Shown: positions 32,022 through 44,405, numbered from the stretch's first letter. The stretch is DNA of 64,000 nucleotides from Methanothermococcus sp. (GCF_015523155.1 NZ_WAKW01000003.1:3695-67694); one strand, 5' to 3'. Translations and numbers: made by a program. The notes: generated by a model not told the origin, from the sequence alone.

Positions 32022-32106
32022 TGCGGGGGAAGGGATTTGAACCCTCGAACCCCTACGGGACTAGGCCCTCAACCTAGCGCCTTTGGCCAGACTTGGCAAC
32101 CCCCGC
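32022..32106 (-). tRNA. tRNA-Leu(GAG)
   Basis: Minus strand GCGGGGG acceptor, anticodon arm CTAGG-TTGAGGG-CCTAG, long variable arm, GGTTCAAATCC T-arm; no encoded CCA. Confidence 0.95.
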
Positions 32107-32156
32107 TCACTTGCTATTTTTGCGGTTTAAAAACGCATAGTATGGTTTTCTATAAT

Positions 32157-32190
32157 GATATATAAACCTTTCGGCGAAAAGTATATATAT
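32157..32190. promoter_or_regulatory. Back-to-back BRE/TATA promoters for the two divergent tRNAs
   Basis: TATATAAACCTTTCG (minus strand CGAAAGGTTTATATA) abutting CGAAAAGTATATATA (plus strand). Confidence 0.6.
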
Positions 32191-32230
32191 GAGATATTAT
32201 TATCTAAGGATGCGTTAATAATTTAATAAT

Positions 32231-32343
32231 GCCGAGGTGGCTTAGGCTGGTTATAGCGCTCGGCTCATACGGATATTCCCAAGGTGCTTTTCCTTGGGTC
32301 CTGGGAAACCGAGAGGTCGGGGGTTCAAGTCCCCCCCTCGGCA
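32231..32343 (+). tRNA. tRNA-Met(CAT), probably elongator, with 38-nt intron at 37/38 (32270-32307)
   Basis: GCCGAGG acceptor, CTCGG-CTCATA, BHB motif (CUCA/UGGG central helix, UA|C and AA|A bulges), GGTTCAAGTCC T-arm. Confidence 0.93.
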
Positions 32344-32424
32344 TTTTTTATAATTCTATCAATCTATAAATTTATATATTCTAATTAACTATTTAAAAAA
32401 ATAAAAAATAAATTAAAAATAGAA

Positions 32425-33765
32425 TTAAATAGGTTTTCCAAAGAAATTTATTTTTTCAATTAATTCTTCAAATGCATTTTTTTCAAATTCTAAAACCTCT
32501 TCTTTTGTCAATGTTCCGCTTACCTCTCCATCTAAAGATAACTTATCAACTCCTCTTAAAATCATCCTACCATTACCATCTCTGTTTAATATTTCTTCTG
32601 CAACCCTGTCATGAACAAACGCCATCGGAGGTATAAACACCGTATCTTTTAATTTCTTTAAATCAACAGTTTCTAAATCCTTTGCTGTAATTAAATCTGA
32701 AATATCTTTATTAACTTTAATGACATTAACTGGGGTATCCTTAAATATTTTATTTAAAAATGGATATGATATATTTCCTGTAATTATAGTAGCTTCGGAT
32801 TTTATTTTATTTCTTAATTTTTTTAATAATCCATCTTCATAAGATATGGCAAATGGTGCATTTGTCAATGGGTCATAAAGTGGTGTGCCTGTAATTCTTA
32901 TTTTATCTCCAAATTCTTCAAATGTTTTTTTTACAATTTCTTTAAATTCTTCAACACTATGACTTTCGATTCCATCGATAATTGGTGCATTTTCTAATAT
33001 AAGTCCCTGTTCGGTTTTATTTGCAAATCTCATCAATATTACTGCATGAGCTCCCCAGTCTATTAAATCGTTAATGGTTTTTTTAAGTTCTTCACCATCA
33101 TTTACGCCGGGAATTAATATAATGGCACAATGGACTTCACAGTTTTCACAGAAGTATTTTAAGCATTTTAAAGATTCCTCTGCGTTTTTGTCATTTAACC
33201 ATTTTTTTCTGATTTCTGGGTTTGTGGAAAATACTGAAAATGTAACTTCATTGACACCATAATCAACAAGATTTTTGGCAATTTTAACAGATTCAAATCC
33301 TTTTCCAGATGTGTATCCAAGATGAATCTTTAAACCGATATCACCTATATATTTACAGAGAGCTTCCAAGTCAGGATAAAAGCTAACATCCCCGCCGCTT
33401 GTAATATTCACTTTATCGTAATTTTGGAAAAGTAATGCATTTTGAATTTGTTGTATTACAAAGGGTAATGGTATAAACTCCCCATTAATTTCTCTTACAG
33501 AGTATGTGCAGTAATCACAACCTATTTGAAATGTGCAGTTTTTACAGCCAAATGGTCTTGGGTTTGAATTATCCACTTTTTTAAAATAGCAAAATTTGCA
33601 GAATCCTCCACAATTCTTACCTGGCTCTCCTTTTAAATCAACCAATAGCTGAGATTTGGGTTTTAAAATGTCATTGTCCTTTTCAGAATTCTCAAAACCC
33701 ATGTCAAATATATTAGGGTTATAAACTTCTGAATTAAAATTATCATTGTTCAAATTGAAAGTCAT
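32425..33765 (-). CDS. mmp10: Methanogenesis marker 10 radical SAM enzyme (MCR Arg methyltransferase)
   Basis: CGGFCKFC radical SAM motif plus second CKNC..GCDYC cluster; divergent from mcrB. Confidence 0.88.
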   Translation of the reverse strand: MTFNLNNDNFNSEVYNPNIFDMGFENSEKDNDILKPKSQLLVDLKGEPGKNCGGFCKFCYFKKVDNSNPRPFGCKNCTFQIGCDYCTYSVREINGEFIPLPFVIQQIQNALLFQNYDKVNITSGGDVSFYPDLEALCKYIGDIGLKIHLGYTSGKGFESVKIAKNLVDYGVNEVTFSVFSTNPEIRKKWLNDKNAEESLKCLKYFCENCEVHCAIILIPGVNDGEELKKTINDLIDWGAHAVILMRFANKTEQGLILENAPIIDGIESHSVEEFKEIVKKTFEEFGDKIRITGTPLYDPLTNAPFAISYEDGLLKKLRNKIKSEATIITGNISYPFLNKIFKDTPVNVIKVNKDISDLITAKDLETVDLKKLKDTVFIPPMAFVHDRVAEEILNRDGNGRMILRGVDKLSLDGEVSGTLTKEEVLEFEKNAFEELIEKINFFGKPI

Positions 33766-34040
33766 AGATGCCCTCTAATTTTTTTATTAGTATAGTGTCA
33801 TTTTTTAACCTATAAATAAATTATTGTAAAAATCGTAAAGAGCATAGTATAATAAAGAATACTTAAAAAGAAATAAATTAAGTTAAAATACTAAATTTAA
33901 ATATACAAATAATTTTTTCTAGCATTACCAATTTAAAAAATCTACTATATATATTTTTCGATTTGAATCCAATGGAAAAACGAATATATAAATAAAAATA
34001 TAGGAGGTTATGCATATATCAAATAATAGGAGTGGTTCCT

Positions 34041-35372
34041 ATGGTAAAGTATGAAGATAAAATAAATTTGTATGATGCGAAAGGTAATCTTGCAGCAGAA
34101 AGTGTGCCATTGGAGGCTATAAGCCCGTTGTACAACCCAGTTATAAAAGAGATAGTAAAGGATGTTAAAAGAACAGTAGCAGTTAACTTAGCAGGTATAG
34201 AAAACAGCTTGAAAACCGGAGCTCTTGGAGGTAAAGGTTGTAAAATCCCAGGAAGAACCTTGGATTTACCAATAGTTGAAAATGCTGACACTATTATGGA
34301 AGAAGTTGAAAAAATATTAAGAATTTCACCAGATGATGATACAAACATTAAAACAATTAACGGTGGAAAGCAGGCAGTTGTTCAGTTGCCATCTAGAAGA
34401 TTAGAAGTAGCAGCAGAATATTCAGTATCCATGTTAAACACAGCAATGGCTTTGAAAGAGGCCATTATTAAAACATTTGACGTAGATATGTTTGAAGGTT
34501 CAACAGTGCATGCAGCAATTATTGGAAGATATCCACAAGTAATGGATTACATGGGAGGAAATATAGCTTCATTATTGGGTGCTCCTTCAAACATGGAAGG
34601 TTTAGGTTATGCATTGAGAAACATTATGGTAAACCACTATGTGGCTACAACAAAGAAAAACATCATGAACGCTGTTGCATTTGCGTCAATCATGGAACAA
34701 ACAGCCATGTTTGAAATGGGTGATGCAGTAGGGGCATTTGAAAGAATGCACTTGTTAGGTCTTGCATACCAGGGTTTAAACGCAGACAACCTTGTAATTG
34801 ACCTCGTAAAAGCAAACGGTAAAGGAACAGTTGGTACAGTTGTTGCTTCATTAGTTGAAAGGGCTCTTGAAGACAAAGTAATTGTGGAAGATAAGACACT
34901 AGATTCAGGATTTAAAATGTACAAACCAGTTGATGTTGCTATGTGGAATGCTTATGCAGCAGCAGGTTTAGTTGCAGCATCTATTGTAAATTGTGGTGCA
35001 GCAAGAGCTGCTCAAAACGTTGCTTCAACAATTTTATACTACAACGATATATTGGAATATGAAACTGGTTTGCCTGGTGTTGATTTCGGTAGAGCAGAAG
35101 GTACAGCAGTAGGATTTAGTTTCTTCTCACATTCAATCTATGGTGGTGGAGGTCCAGGTATCTTCACAGGAAATCACATAGTTACAAGACATTCCAAGGG
35201 ATTCGCTATACCGCCAGTATGTGCTGCATTATGTGTGGATGCTGGAACTCAGATGTTTTCACCTGAAAAAACATCAGCATTGGTAGGTGCAGTATATGGG
35301 GCTATTGATGAGTTTAGAGAACCATTAAAACATGTAATTGAAGGGGCTCTTGAAATAAAAGATAAACTATAA
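34041..35372 (+). CDS. mcrB: Methyl-coenzyme M reductase beta subunit
   Basis: [33 protein letters not shown]. Confidence 0.97.
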   Translation: MVKYEDKINLYDAKGNLAAESVPLEAISPLYNPVIKEIVKDVKRTVAVNLAGIENSLKTGALGGKGCKIPGRTLDLPIVENADTIMEEVEKILRISPDDDTNIKTINGGKQAVVQLPSRRLEVAAEYSVSMLNTAMALKEAIIKTFDVDMFEGSTVHAAIIGRYPQVMDYMGGNIASLLGAPSNMEGLGYALRNIMVNHYVATTKKNIMNAVAFASIMEQTAMFEMGDAVGAFERMHLLGLAYQGLNADNLVIDLVKANGKGTVGTVVASLVERALEDKVIVEDKTLDSGFKMYKPVDVAMWNAYAAAGLVAASIVNCGAARAAQNVASTILYYNDILEYETGLPGVDFGRAEGTAVGFSFFSHSIYGGGGPGIFTGNHIVTRHSKGFAIPPVCAALCVDAGTQMFSPEKTSALVGAVYGAIDEFREPLKHVIEGALEIKDKL

Positions 35373-35401
35373 AATTAATTATAATGTTATAGGTAATTAA
35401 A

Positions 35402-35896
35402 ATGATAGAAATAGAAGTCTTCCCCCATAGGTATTTAAAGGCTAAAACCACTGAAAAATTTCTTAATGAAGCTTATTCCTTAAATACTGTGGAAAGAGTT
35501 ATAATACACGGTGAACCTTTGCCAAAAACCATATATTACGGTCCTGCAAGAGGAACGCCTGTGAATCATCCTGAAAGGAAGGAAATTAATGTTCATGGGG
35601 TTCCTGTTGAACTTACAGTAATGGCAGGAAGGTTCTGGATAACATTAAAGGATGATAGTGAATTGGATAAAATTGAGGAAATATGTAAATCACTATTTCC
35701 ATATGGATACAATATAAAAGTGGGTAAATTTACCAAAAATAAAGCAACTGTATCAGATTATATAAAATACGGTGAAAAATTGGTAAATATGATGGATAAA
35801 ACCATGATAGGTTTGACAGACCCCAGAAGTAAATATAAATCCTCAGTAAAAATTATTCCAAAAGATAAAAAAGAAGAAAACAATTGTAAAAATTAA
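35402..35896 (+). CDS. mcrD: MCR operon protein D
   Basis: IEVFPHRYL, HGEPLPK..YGPARGTPVNH; operon position. Confidence 0.93.
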   Translation: MIEIEVFPHRYLKAKTTEKFLNEAYSLNTVERVIIHGEPLPKTIYYGPARGTPVNHPERKEINVHGVPVELTVMAGRFWITLKDDSELDKIEEICKSLFPYGYNIKVGKFTKNKATVSDYIKYGEKLVNMMDKTMIGLTDPRSKYKSSVKIIPKDKKEENNCKN

Positions 35897-35922
35897 AAAA
35901 ATTAAATAAATAGAGTGATTTC

Positions 35923-36519
35923 ATGCCAGTTGGTAGAAGAGAGCAGATTGTAGATTGCAGGTCCGTAATGGGATTGGGCGAAGGGGGTGGATTAGCTCAG
36001 AGAGGAACCTTTGCAGAAGGTTTGAAAAATGATGTTGTAGTTGTAGCTATGTCCCCTGGAAGGAGGCATATCACAAAACCAGTTTGTGAAATTACCTATG
36101 GTATAAGGGAAGCAGGAATCCAAACAAGTGTTCTTGTATTGGATGCAGGCAGTGGTGTTCCTCATGATGCCCCTCATGGAAGTCTTGGTTCAACATTTGG
36201 ATTAAAACCAAAAGAAGCCGAGCAGGTAAATAGGCATAAACTTTGTGTTATCCATTTTGGAAATGTTAAAAGTCATATTGTATATAAAGCAAGATTATTT
36301 TTAAGGCATGTTAAAATACCAACAATAATTGTTTGCCAAACTCCCATTGATATGGAAGATTTCGCTAAAATAGGTGTTAAAACTAGAGATGTTATGCCTA
36401 TTGAACCTAAAACTGAAGGTATGATTGTAGATATAATTACAGGAGTTATTAGGGGTGAATCAGCCCCACAAACTAAAATTGATGAAGTAATTGAAAAAAT
36501 CAAGAAGCATTTAACTTAA
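35923..36519 (+). CDS. mcrC: MCR operon protein C
   Basis: [27 protein letters not shown]. Confidence 0.95.
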   Translation: MPVGRREQIVDCRSVMGLGEGGGLAQRGTFAEGLKNDVVVVAMSPGRRHITKPVCEITYGIREAGIQTSVLVLDAGSGVPHDAPHGSLGSTFGLKPKEAEQVNRHKLCVIHFGNVKSHIVYKARLFLRHVKIPTIIVCQTPIDMEDFAKIGVKTRDVMPIEPKTEGMIVDIITGVIRGESAPQTKIDEVIEKIKKHLT

Positions 36520-36530
36520 GAGGTGATTTT

Positions 36531-37313
36531 ATGGCATATAAACCTCAATATTACCCTGGTGCAACAAAAATTGCACAGAACAGAAGAAATCATATGAATC
36601 CAGAAGTTGAATTGGAAAAATTAAGGGAAATTCCAGATGATGAAGTTGTAAAAATTATGGGACACAGACAACCTGGTGAAGACTATAAAACAGTTCATCC
36701 TCCATTGGAGGAAATGGACTTGCCAGAAGATTATGTAAGGGACTTAGTTGAACCTATTACGGGAGCTAAGGAAGGACACAGGATTAGGTACATTCAGTTT
36801 GCAGATTCAATGTATTACGCACCTGCTCAGCCATACGATAGGGCAAGAACATACATGTGGAGATTTAGAGGTGTAGATACTGGAACACTCTCAGGAAGAC
36901 AAGTTATTGAAATGAGAGAAAGTAATCTTGAAGAAATCTCAAAGAACTTCTGTATTGATACATCATTCTTTGACCCTGCAAGAAATGGTATGAGAGGAGC
37001 AACCGTTCACGGACACTCATTAAGATTGGATGAAAATGGGTTAATGTTCGATGCCCTCCAAAGATATGTTTATGATGAAAAAACTGGTCATGTATTATAT
37101 GTAAAAGACCAGGTTGGAAGACCATTGGATGAACCTGTTGATGTTGGAGAACCATTACCAGAAGAAAAATTGGTAGAAATTACAACAATATATAGAAAAG
37201 ATGGAGTTCCAATGAGAGATGACAAAGAGCTCCTAACAGTAGTTAAGAAAATCCACAGGGCAAGAACATTAGGTGGATTCATGCCTACTGAGAAGATATT
37301 CGAAGGATTATAA
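36531..37313 (+). CDS. mcrG: Methyl-coenzyme M reductase gamma subunit
   Basis: QYYPG.TKIAQNRR, GTLSGRQ, GATVHGHSLRLDENG. Confidence 0.97.
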   Translation: MAYKPQYYPGATKIAQNRRNHMNPEVELEKLREIPDDEVVKIMGHRQPGEDYKTVHPPLEEMDLPEDYVRDLVEPITGAKEGHRIRYIQFADSMYYAPAQPYDRARTYMWRFRGVDTGTLSGRQVIEMRESNLEEISKNFCIDTSFFDPARNGMRGATVHGHSLRLDENGLMFDALQRYVYDEKTGHVLYVKDQVGRPLDEPVDVGEPLPEEKLVEITTIYRKDGVPMRDDKELLTVVKKIHRARTLGGFMPTEKIFEGL

Positions 37314-37386
37314 TTAAAATAAATTTCTCCTAAATTAACTATTTAATTTAATTAATTACCTCTATAAACTTTTGAGGTGAATATTT

Positions 37387-39045
37387 ATGGAAGCTGAAAA
37401 GAAATTGTTCTTAAAAGCATTGAAAGAAAAATTTGAAGAAGACCCAAAAGAAAAATATACAAAATTCTACACCTTTGGTGGATGGAGACAGTCAAAGAGA
37501 AAAACAGAATTTGTTGAAGCAGCAAAAAAACTCGCTGAGAAAAGAGGCGGAATTCCTGGATACAACCCAGATATTGGGGTTCCATTAGGACAGAGAAAAT
37601 TAATGCCTTACAAACTCTCAAACACGGACAGCATTGTAGAAGGAGATGATTTACACTTCATGAACAACGCTGCTATCCAGCAAATGTGGGATGATATCAG
37701 AAGAACAGTTATTGTAGGTATGGATACGGCACACGCTGTTCTTGAAAAAAGACTTGGTGTGGAGGTTACACCTGAAACAATTAACGAATATATGGAAACA
37801 ATTAACCACGCACTGCCAGGAGGTGCCGTTGTTCAGGAACACATGGTTGAGGTAGATCCTGCATTAGCATGGGATTCATACGCTAAGATATTCACAGGAG
37901 ACGATGAATTAGCAGATGAGCTCGACAAAAGAGTATTAATTGACATTAACAAATTATTTCCAGAAGAACAGGCAGAACAATTAAAAGCTGCTATTGGTAA
38001 AAGAACTTACCAGGTATCAAGAGTTCCTACATTGGTAGGTAGAGTATGTGATGGAGGTACCATAGCTAGATGGTCTGCTATGCAGATTGGAATGTCATTT
38101 ATTACAGCATACAAACTCTGTGCTGGGGAAGCTGCAATAGCTGACTTCTCATACGCTGCAAAACACGCTGATGTTGTTGGAATGGGTACAGCACTTCCAG
38201 CAAGAAGGTCAAGAGGGGCAAATGAACCAGGAGGTATTCCATTCGGTGTATTGGCAGATGTAGTCCAAACAACAAGAGTAAGCGATGACCCAGTTGAGCA
38301 GTCCTTAGAGGTAGTAGCCATGGGCTGTATGTTATATGACCAGATATGGCTCGGTTCCTACATGTCTGGCGGTGTAGGGTTTACCCAGTATGCAAGTGCA
38401 ACCTATACCGATGATATATTGGATGATTTCTCCTACTATGGATATGACTATGTAGAGAAGAAATACGGAATAAACGGCACAAAACCAACAATGGATGTTG
38501 TAGAGGATATTGCAACAGAAGTTACGCTCTACTCATTGGAACAGTATGATGAGTTCCCAGCATTGTTGGAAGACCACTTTGGAGGTTCTCAAAGGGCAGG
38601 AGTTACAGCGGCGGCATCAGGTATTTCAGTATGTATGGCAACAGGAAACTCAAATGCTGGAGTTAATGGATGGTATTTAAGCCAGATATTACACAAAGAA
38701 TACCACAGCAGATTAGGATTCTACGGATACGACTTGCAAGACCAATGTGGTGCTTCAAACTCACTTTCAATTAGAAATGATGAATCATCACCATTGGAAT
38801 TGAGGGGTCCAAACTATCCAAACTATGCAATGAACGTAGGTCACCAGGGAGAATATGCAGGTATTGCTCAGGCAGCTCACTCAGCAAGAAGAGATGCATT
38901 TGCAACAAACCCATTAATTAAGATTGCATTTGCGGACCCATCATTAGTATTCGACTTCGCACACCCAAGAAAAGAATGTGCAAGAGGGGCTCTAAGAGAA
39001 TTTGAACCAGCAGGAGAAAGAGATCCAATTATACCTGCACACTAA
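37387..39045 (+). CDS. mcrA: Methyl-coenzyme M reductase alpha subunit
   Basis: [34 protein letters not shown]. Confidence 0.98.
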   Translation: MEAEKKLFLKALKEKFEEDPKEKYTKFYTFGGWRQSKRKTEFVEAAKKLAEKRGGIPGYNPDIGVPLGQRKLMPYKLSNTDSIVEGDDLHFMNNAAIQQMWDDIRRTVIVGMDTAHAVLEKRLGVEVTPETINEYMETINHALPGGAVVQEHMVEVDPALAWDSYAKIFTGDDELADELDKRVLIDINKLFPEEQAEQLKAAIGKRTYQVSRVPTLVGRVCDGGTIARWSAMQIGMSFITAYKLCAGEAAIADFSYAAKHADVVGMGTALPARRSRGANEPGGIPFGVLADVVQTTRVSDDPVEQSLEVVAMGCMLYDQIWLGSYMSGGVGFTQYASATYTDDILDDFSYYGYDYVEKKYGINGTKPTMDVVEDIATEVTLYSLEQYDEFPALLEDHFGGSQRAGVTAAASGISVCMATGNSNAGVNGWYLSQILHKEYHSRLGFYGYDLQDQCGASNSLSIRNDESSPLELRGPNYPNYAMNVGHQGEYAGIAQAAHSARRDAFATNPLIKIAFADPSLVFDFAHPRKECARGALREFEPAGERDPIIPAH

Positions 39046-39062
39046 AAAGAATAATATTCCCT

Positions 39063-39092
39063 AAGGAAACTTTTAATGTTTCCTTTTATTCT
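39063..39092 (+). terminator. Hairpin plus T-tract after mcrA
   Basis: AAGGAAAC-TTTTAAT-GTTTCCTT followed by TTATTCTTTC. Confidence 0.55.
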
Positions 39093-39298
39093 TTCTTATT
39101 ACTTTATAATATATGGCTAAATATTCTATTTTAATTATTTATGTTATTGTTATTTTTTGTAATTAAAGAATGCTTTATTAAAAATAAACAATATTTGCCG
39201 TATTTTAATGAAATCAAATAGAAAATAATATATATTATCACAAATAAACTATATATTTATGAATAAAACAAAATTAGTGTAGTATACGAGGTGAAATA

Positions 39299-40201
39299 AT
39301 GGACCCAACATTGCTAGCCCTTGGAGCATTGGCATTCGCCGGTGCTTCAGCTACTGTGGCAGGATGTGCAGAAGATTTGGAATCTGATGTAGGTTCTCAA
39401 TCAAACCCTAACTCTCAGGTTCAGTTAGGACCTCAGATGGGCAATATACACAGATACTTTAACAAAGCTATATCTGGGGAACCAGTAGCATATGGTTTAT
39501 ATGTTGCGGTGGCAGGTTTAATTGCATGGGCTTTAATGAATACAGGACTTAATGTTTTGTTGGCAATTGTTATTGGTGCAGGTGTTGCAGCAATTGTTCA
39601 TGGCGCTTATGCCGTAAGTGCATATCTTGGAAGAATTGTAGGCCAGTCTAAAAACTTTGGTCAGCCAGTATATATGGATGTGATTATGACTCATATAGGT
39701 CCTATTGTAGGACATGGTTTTATTGCAGTATTTTGCATGTTGTTAGCTGCATATTTGGCAGGTACAGCATTGGGAAATCCATTTCCATTACCTTTAATTG
39801 CATTGATATTCGGTATTACTGTAGGTTCTATTGGTTCATCAACAGGGGACGTTCATTACGGTGCTGAAAGAGAATATCAAAAATATCCATTCGGTGGAGG
39901 TATTCCTGTTGCAAACCAAGGGGATATCGACATTAAAGCAGAAACTGGTATTAGAAACGGTATGGATTCATCTTATTTTTGTTCTAGATTAGGTGGACCA
40001 TTAACTGGCCTATGTTTTGGTCTTATAGTATTCTTGGATGGATGGAGAGGAATTATTGGAAGTATTCTTGGTGGAGATTTGATTACAAAGTCAGCAATAG
40101 CTATTGTTGTAGGGATTATAATTGTTGCAATTGCAGCATATATTAACAGAGTAATAGAAGTATATGCCAGAAACAAATATGGTCCATATACAAATAGATA
40201 A
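39299..40201 (+). CDS. mtrE: Tetrahydromethanopterin S-methyltransferase subunit E
   Basis: AEDLESDVGSQSNPNSQVQL, STGDVHYG. Confidence 0.95.
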   Translation: MDPTLLALGALAFAGASATVAGCAEDLESDVGSQSNPNSQVQLGPQMGNIHRYFNKAISGEPVAYGLYVAVAGLIAWALMNTGLNVLLAIVIGAGVAAIVHGAYAVSAYLGRIVGQSKNFGQPVYMDVIMTHIGPIVGHGFIAVFCMLLAAYLAGTALGNPFPLPLIALIFGITVGSIGSSTGDVHYGAEREYQKYPFGGGIPVANQGDIDIKAETGIRNGMDSSYFCSRLGGPLTGLCFGLIVFLDGWRGIIGSILGGDLITKSAIAIVVGIIIVAIAAYINRVIEVYARNKYGPYTNR

Positions 40202-40232
40202 TAAGATTAAGAAATAAATTTGGTGATAAACT

Positions 40233-40940
40233 ATGGATGCTGTAAGTTTAATACTGCCTCTTGCAGAGATTACAGTTGCAGGTGCCATAATTAATGCAAG
40301 TGTTCATTTTATTCCAGTGGGTGGAGCTCCCGCAGCTATGGCTACATCAACAGGTGTGGGGACAGGAACTACCCAGTTGGCAGCAGGTGCTGGATTTACA
40401 GGATTAATGGCTGCTGCGGTAATGGCTGCTCAAAAAGGTATTAATTTAATGAACCCGGCACATTTGGCGATTATTCTATTATCTGGAGCAGTAGGTTCTA
40501 TGATTATGCTGGGTTTAACAATGTTAATTGGTCAGTTGATTTATGTATTTGGTGTTGGTGTAGTTCCAGCAGCAGATAAGTGTGATAAAGACCCATTTAC
40601 AGGGGATTATCAAAAATCATACATCACTCCGGGGACCACGGGTCATGCCATACCTACTGTATGTTTTATAAGTGGTTTAATTGGTGCAGCACTTGGAGGT
40701 ATCGGTGGAGGTCTTGCATATATAGCATTTAAACAGTTAGGATTTGATTCAGGTATTGCAGGAATAGTGGCTATTGGTTTCTTCTTCATGAATGCTGTTC
40801 TTGCATCATACAATATTGGAGGAACAATAGAAGGATTCCACGATCCAAAATTCAAGAAGATACCAAATGGAATTATAGCATCATTTGTAGCTTCATTAGT
40901 GGCAGGAGCTATTATAACGGGAATGTCCCTTGGAATTTAA
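40233..40940 (+). CDS. mtrD: Mtr subunit D
   Basis: [27 protein letters not shown]. Confidence 0.95.
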   Translation: MDAVSLILPLAEITVAGAIINASVHFIPVGGAPAAMATSTGVGTGTTQLAAGAGFTGLMAAAVMAAQKGINLMNPAHLAIILLSGAVGSMIMLGLTMLIGQLIYVFGVGVVPAADKCDKDPFTGDYQKSYITPGTTGHAIPTVCFISGLIGAALGGIGGGLAYIAFKQLGFDSGIAGIVAIGFFFMNAVLASYNIGGTIEGFHDPKFKKIPNGIIASFVASLVAGAIITGMSLGI

Positions 40941-40972
40941 TTATAATAATATTAAATAGATGAGGTGTTATT

Positions 40973-41785
40973 ATGAGTCATGGTGGTGGAGGACATGCAG
41001 CAGAACTTTATCCAGAAAATCAAATTTTAATAGTTGGTGTAGTCCTTTCAATTGTTGGAATGTATATTGCACAATTTATCCCTCAATTAGCCATGCTTGT
41101 TGGAGGGCTTTTAACAGTTGCAGCTACTGTGGCAGGTGCAAACACTACAAGAAGAGTGGCAGCTTATGGACTCGGGACTGGTGTTCCATCCATCGGTATG
41201 TTAAGTTTAGGTATGGGAACAGTGGCAGCGCTATCTGGCGTATTATTGGCCAATGGCATGGTTACCCAATATGGGTTTTCAAATGTTGTGTTGTATCTTA
41301 TACCAATATTTGTGGCAGTAATTGCAATAGTTTTAGGATTTATTGTAGGAAAATTAACTGTAAAGCCTATTGGTATGAAGATACCAATCATGGTTGAAAG
41401 TATGACAAAGTTGGCTCTTATGGGAGCTTTGTCAATTATGGGATTTTGTGTGGCTTTCGCAGGTGGATTTTTGCCAAATGTAGTTATCCCTGGAGCAGTG
41501 AATAATGGTATTATAGGCTTAGCATTTATTGCAGCAGGTATGGCTATATTGCATCCATTTAATGCATGTTTGGGTCCAAATGAGAGCCATAAAAGAACAT
41601 TATTATTGGCAGTAGCATGTGGATTATTAACATGGTTTATATTCTCGGTAGCTAGTTTAGATGTAGTATCTATTATAGTTTCAGCTGTGCTATGGGCAAT
41701 AGTATATAGATTATTTGTAAAACAATCATTAAACGATGCCTGCGATGTATTGTATATCCCAGAATTACCTAAGAAGGAAATGTAA
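40973..41785 (+). CDS. mtrC: Mtr subunit C
   Basis: [22 protein letters not shown]. Confidence 0.95.
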   Translation: MSHGGGGHAAELYPENQILIVGVVLSIVGMYIAQFIPQLAMLVGGLLTVAATVAGANTTRRVAAYGLGTGVPSIGMLSLGMGTVAALSGVLLANGMVTQYGFSNVVLYLIPIFVAVIAIVLGFIVGKLTVKPIGMKIPIMVESMTKLALMGALSIMGFCVAFAGGFLPNVVIPGAVNNGIIGLAFIAAGMAILHPFNACLGPNESHKRTLLLAVACGLLTWFIFSVASLDVVSIIVSAVLWAIVYRLFVKQSLNDACDVLYIPELPKKEM

Positions 41786-41794
41786 GGTGGTAAG

Positions 41795-42121
41795 ATGGAA
41801 ATAATAAAAGTATGTCCTGAAATTGGAGTAGTTATGGATGTAGATTCAGGACTTATTGCTGAAATGAGAAAAGATGTTATTTCTGTGGATTTAACCCCAG
41901 TTGAGGAAGAAATAAATAAATTAGAAAAATTGGCAAAGGCATTTGAAAATTCTCTTGATCCAAGATATGCTCCATTAAAAGCGTATCCTGGGAGAGAAGG
42001 AACTTATGAAATTGCAGGTCTATTCCAAGGAATGTTCTTTGGTTTTTGGATAGCATTGGCAATTCTTGTATTGGTTGTTATATTGGTTATTAAAATAAAT
42101 CCTGGTTTAATAGGATTATAA
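41795..42121 (+). CDS. mtrB: Mtr subunit B
   Basis: [21 protein letters not shown]-terminal TM. Confidence 0.93.
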   Translation: MEIIKVCPEIGVVMDVDSGLIAEMRKDVISVDLTPVEEEINKLEKLAKAFENSLDPRYAPLKAYPGREGTYEIAGLFQGMFFGFWIALAILVLVVILVIKINPGLIGL

Positions 42122-42139
42122 GTTTGGAGGTGCTAATAC

Positions 42140-42865
42140 ATGGCAGATAAAAAAGCCCCTGCATCAGGATGGCCAATTGTAAGTGGTGAGTATGTTGTGG
42201 GAAATCCTGAAAGCTGTGTTGGAGTAGTAACATTGGGTTCCCACGGAATAGATGAAGCTGCTATTGAAGCAGGAGCCGCTATTTCAGGTCCTTGTCACAC
42301 AGAAAATCTTGGGATTGAAAAAGTTGTAGCAAACTATATATCAAATCCAAATATTAGATTTATGGTATTGTGCGGTTCTGAGGTTCAGGGACATATTACA
42401 GGACAATGCTTTAAAGCATTATATGAAAATGGAATTGGAGATGATGGAGGAATCATCGGAGCTAAGGGAGCTATACCATTCTTGGAAAACGCAGGCAAAG
42501 ATGCTATTGAAAGATTTCAAAGGCAAATTGTAGAAGTTGTGGATTTAATCGATGTGGAAGATATAGGTAAAATAACACAGGCTATTAAGGACTGTATTTC
42601 AAAAGACCCCGGTGCTATCGATGAAGAACCTATGGTGCTTGATTTAGAAGGTGGTGCTGGAGGTTCAGAAGAGGAAGGAGGTACAGCTTTAAAACCATAT
42701 TCCCCAGAATTGGCGTTATTGGAATCAAAAATGGGAATAATTTCTGAAAAAATAAACGATGCTGCATTGGTTGCAAAGTTTAACTCAGGGTATTACAATG
42801 GGAAAATTCAAGGCATAGCAATAGGTATATTTTTGTCCTTGCTTATCTTCTCACTTGTATTCTAG
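42140..42865 (+). CDS. mtrA: Mtr subunit A (corrinoid protein)
   Basis: [28 protein letters not shown]-terminal TM. Confidence 0.95.
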   Translation: MADKKAPASGWPIVSGEYVVGNPESCVGVVTLGSHGIDEAAIEAGAAISGPCHTENLGIEKVVANYISNPNIRFMVLCGSEVQGHITGQCFKALYENGIGDDGGIIGAKGAIPFLENAGKDAIERFQRQIVEVVDLIDVEDIGKITQAIKDCISKDPGAIDEEPMVLDLEGGAGGSEEEGGTALKPYSPELALLESKMGIISEKINDAALVAKFNSGYYNGKIQGIAIGIFLSLLIFSLVF

Positions 42866-42885
42866 TTTAGGTTGGAGGTGCTAAT

Positions 42886-43119
42886 ATGACAAATGGTGAG
42901 GAAGGTTCTTCAATTAAAGGTATTCCAACAGTTTCAAATCCAGATATGGAAGCCATTAGAACCCTTACAAATAATTTGGATTATAAGGTAGGTATAATTA
43001 CAAGAGATTTAGGATTATCCTCAGGTTTAAATTCAAAGGCACTGTTAGGTGTTGCATGTGGAGCAATATTTGCAATAGTAATGGTAGGAATACCAATTGT
43101 ATTAAAATTCTTTTATTAA
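42886..43119 (+). CDS. mtrF: Mtr subunit F
   Basis: 77 aa with C-terminal TM, LDYKVGIITRD..LSSG; lies between mtrA and mtrG. Confidence 0.8.
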   Translation: MTNGEEGSSIKGIPTVSNPDMEAIRTLTNNLDYKVGIITRDLGLSSGLNSKALLGVACGAIFAIVMVGIPIVLKFFY

Positions 43120-43128
43120 GGTGATGTT

Positions 43129-43356
43129 ATGAGTGATGTACCGATAGTAATTACGCCGCCAGACGACTTTAAAAAATTAAGAAAAAAATTGGATAATATA
43201 AATGAAACCGTAGAGAATACAAATGCCGAAGTAATACAAAGATTAGGTAAAAAAACAGGTAGAGATGTAGGTATTGTCTATGGATTTATGATAGGGTTTA
43301 TAATTATGATGGTAGTTGCAAAAATATTACCAATATTTCAATATTACCTAAAATAA
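43129..43356 (+). CDS. mtrG: Mtr subunit G
   Basis: VENTNAEVIQRLGKKTGRDVGIVYG. Confidence 0.93.
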   Translation: MSDVPIVITPPDDFKKLRKKLDNINETVENTNAEVIQRLGKKTGRDVGIVYGFMIGFIIMMVVAKILPIFQYYLK

Positions 43357-43383
43357 AATAAAGGATAAATGAGGTGGTTATAA

Positions 43384-44343
43384 ATGTTCAAATTTGATAA
43401 GGAACAGATGGTAATCGAAATTGCAGGTAGAAAATTTGGTGGTCAGCCAGGTGAATATCCAACAGGTTTATCAGGAACTATATTCTACGCAAGACATAAA
43501 ATCGTTGAAGATGAAAAAAAAGGTATTTTCGATAAAGCAGCTGCGGAAGATTTGATAAATAATCAGGCAGAAATGGAAGATATCACAGGAAACCCCGCAC
43601 TTGTTCAGGTGTTTGGTGGGAATCCCGAAGCATTGACAAAATATATAGACTTCGTTGCTGAGGTATGGGATGGACCAATGTTATTGGACTCCACATCAGG
43701 AGAAGCAAGAATGGCAGCAGCAAAAAGGGCAACAGAAGCAGGTTATGCTAATCAATGTGTTTATAACTCTATCAATGTTTCAATTGATGAGGCAGAATTC
43801 CAAAACTTAGTAGAAAGTGATTTAGAGGCATCAATTGTTTTATGTTTTGACCCTATGGACCCATCAGTTGAAGGTAAATTGAATGTTTTATTAAATGGTG
43901 GTAAAACAGCAGATACAGGTATGTTGGAATTAGCTGAAAAAGCAGGAATTAAATACCCATTAATAGATGTTGCTGTTACACCATTGGGTAATGGTGCAGG
44001 TTCTGCTGTAAGAGCATCATTTGCTGTTAAGGCAAAATTAGGTATGCCAGTAGGAAGCGGTATTCACAACATTCCATCTGCATGGGATTGGTTGAGAGAA
44101 TTCAGAAAAGGATTAAGGGAAAAAGGTGAAACTCAACTCTCAAAAGATGTTCATCATGTTTGTGATATTGGGGCAAATATAATTCAAACCATGGCTGCTG
44201 CTGATTTTGTTTTATATGGTCCTATCGATAATTCAAGACTGGCATTTCCAGCAGTGGCAATGACCGATGCAGTAATTGCAGAAGCTGCAAAAGAAATGGG
44301 AACAACGCCAATAGAGAACCATCCATTTAACAAATTGCTGTAA
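43384..44343 (+). CDS. mtrH: Mtr subunit H
   Basis: MFKFDKEQ, GGQPGEYPT, SGIHN.PSAW, LYGPI. Confidence 0.95.
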   Translation: MFKFDKEQMVIEIAGRKFGGQPGEYPTGLSGTIFYARHKIVEDEKKGIFDKAAAEDLINNQAEMEDITGNPALVQVFGGNPEALTKYIDFVAEVWDGPMLLDSTSGEARMAAAKRATEAGYANQCVYNSINVSIDEAEFQNLVESDLEASIVLCFDPMDPSVEGKLNVLLNGGKTADTGMLELAEKAGIKYPLIDVAVTPLGNGAGSAVRASFAVKAKLGMPVGSGIHNIPSAWDWLREFRKGLREKGETQLSKDVHHVCDIGANIIQTMAAADFVLYGPIDNSRLAFPAVAMTDAVIAEAAKEMGTTPIENHPFNKLL

Positions 44344-44405
44344 ATTATATATTATTTATTTCATTTAATTTTCTAATTTTTTGACAGGATGTTTTTTATA
44401 TATAT

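Noticed and set aside
40960-41397. 145-aa alternative-frame ORF in mtrC
   Set aside because: Same-strand frame shadow with atypical composition; mtrC explains the region
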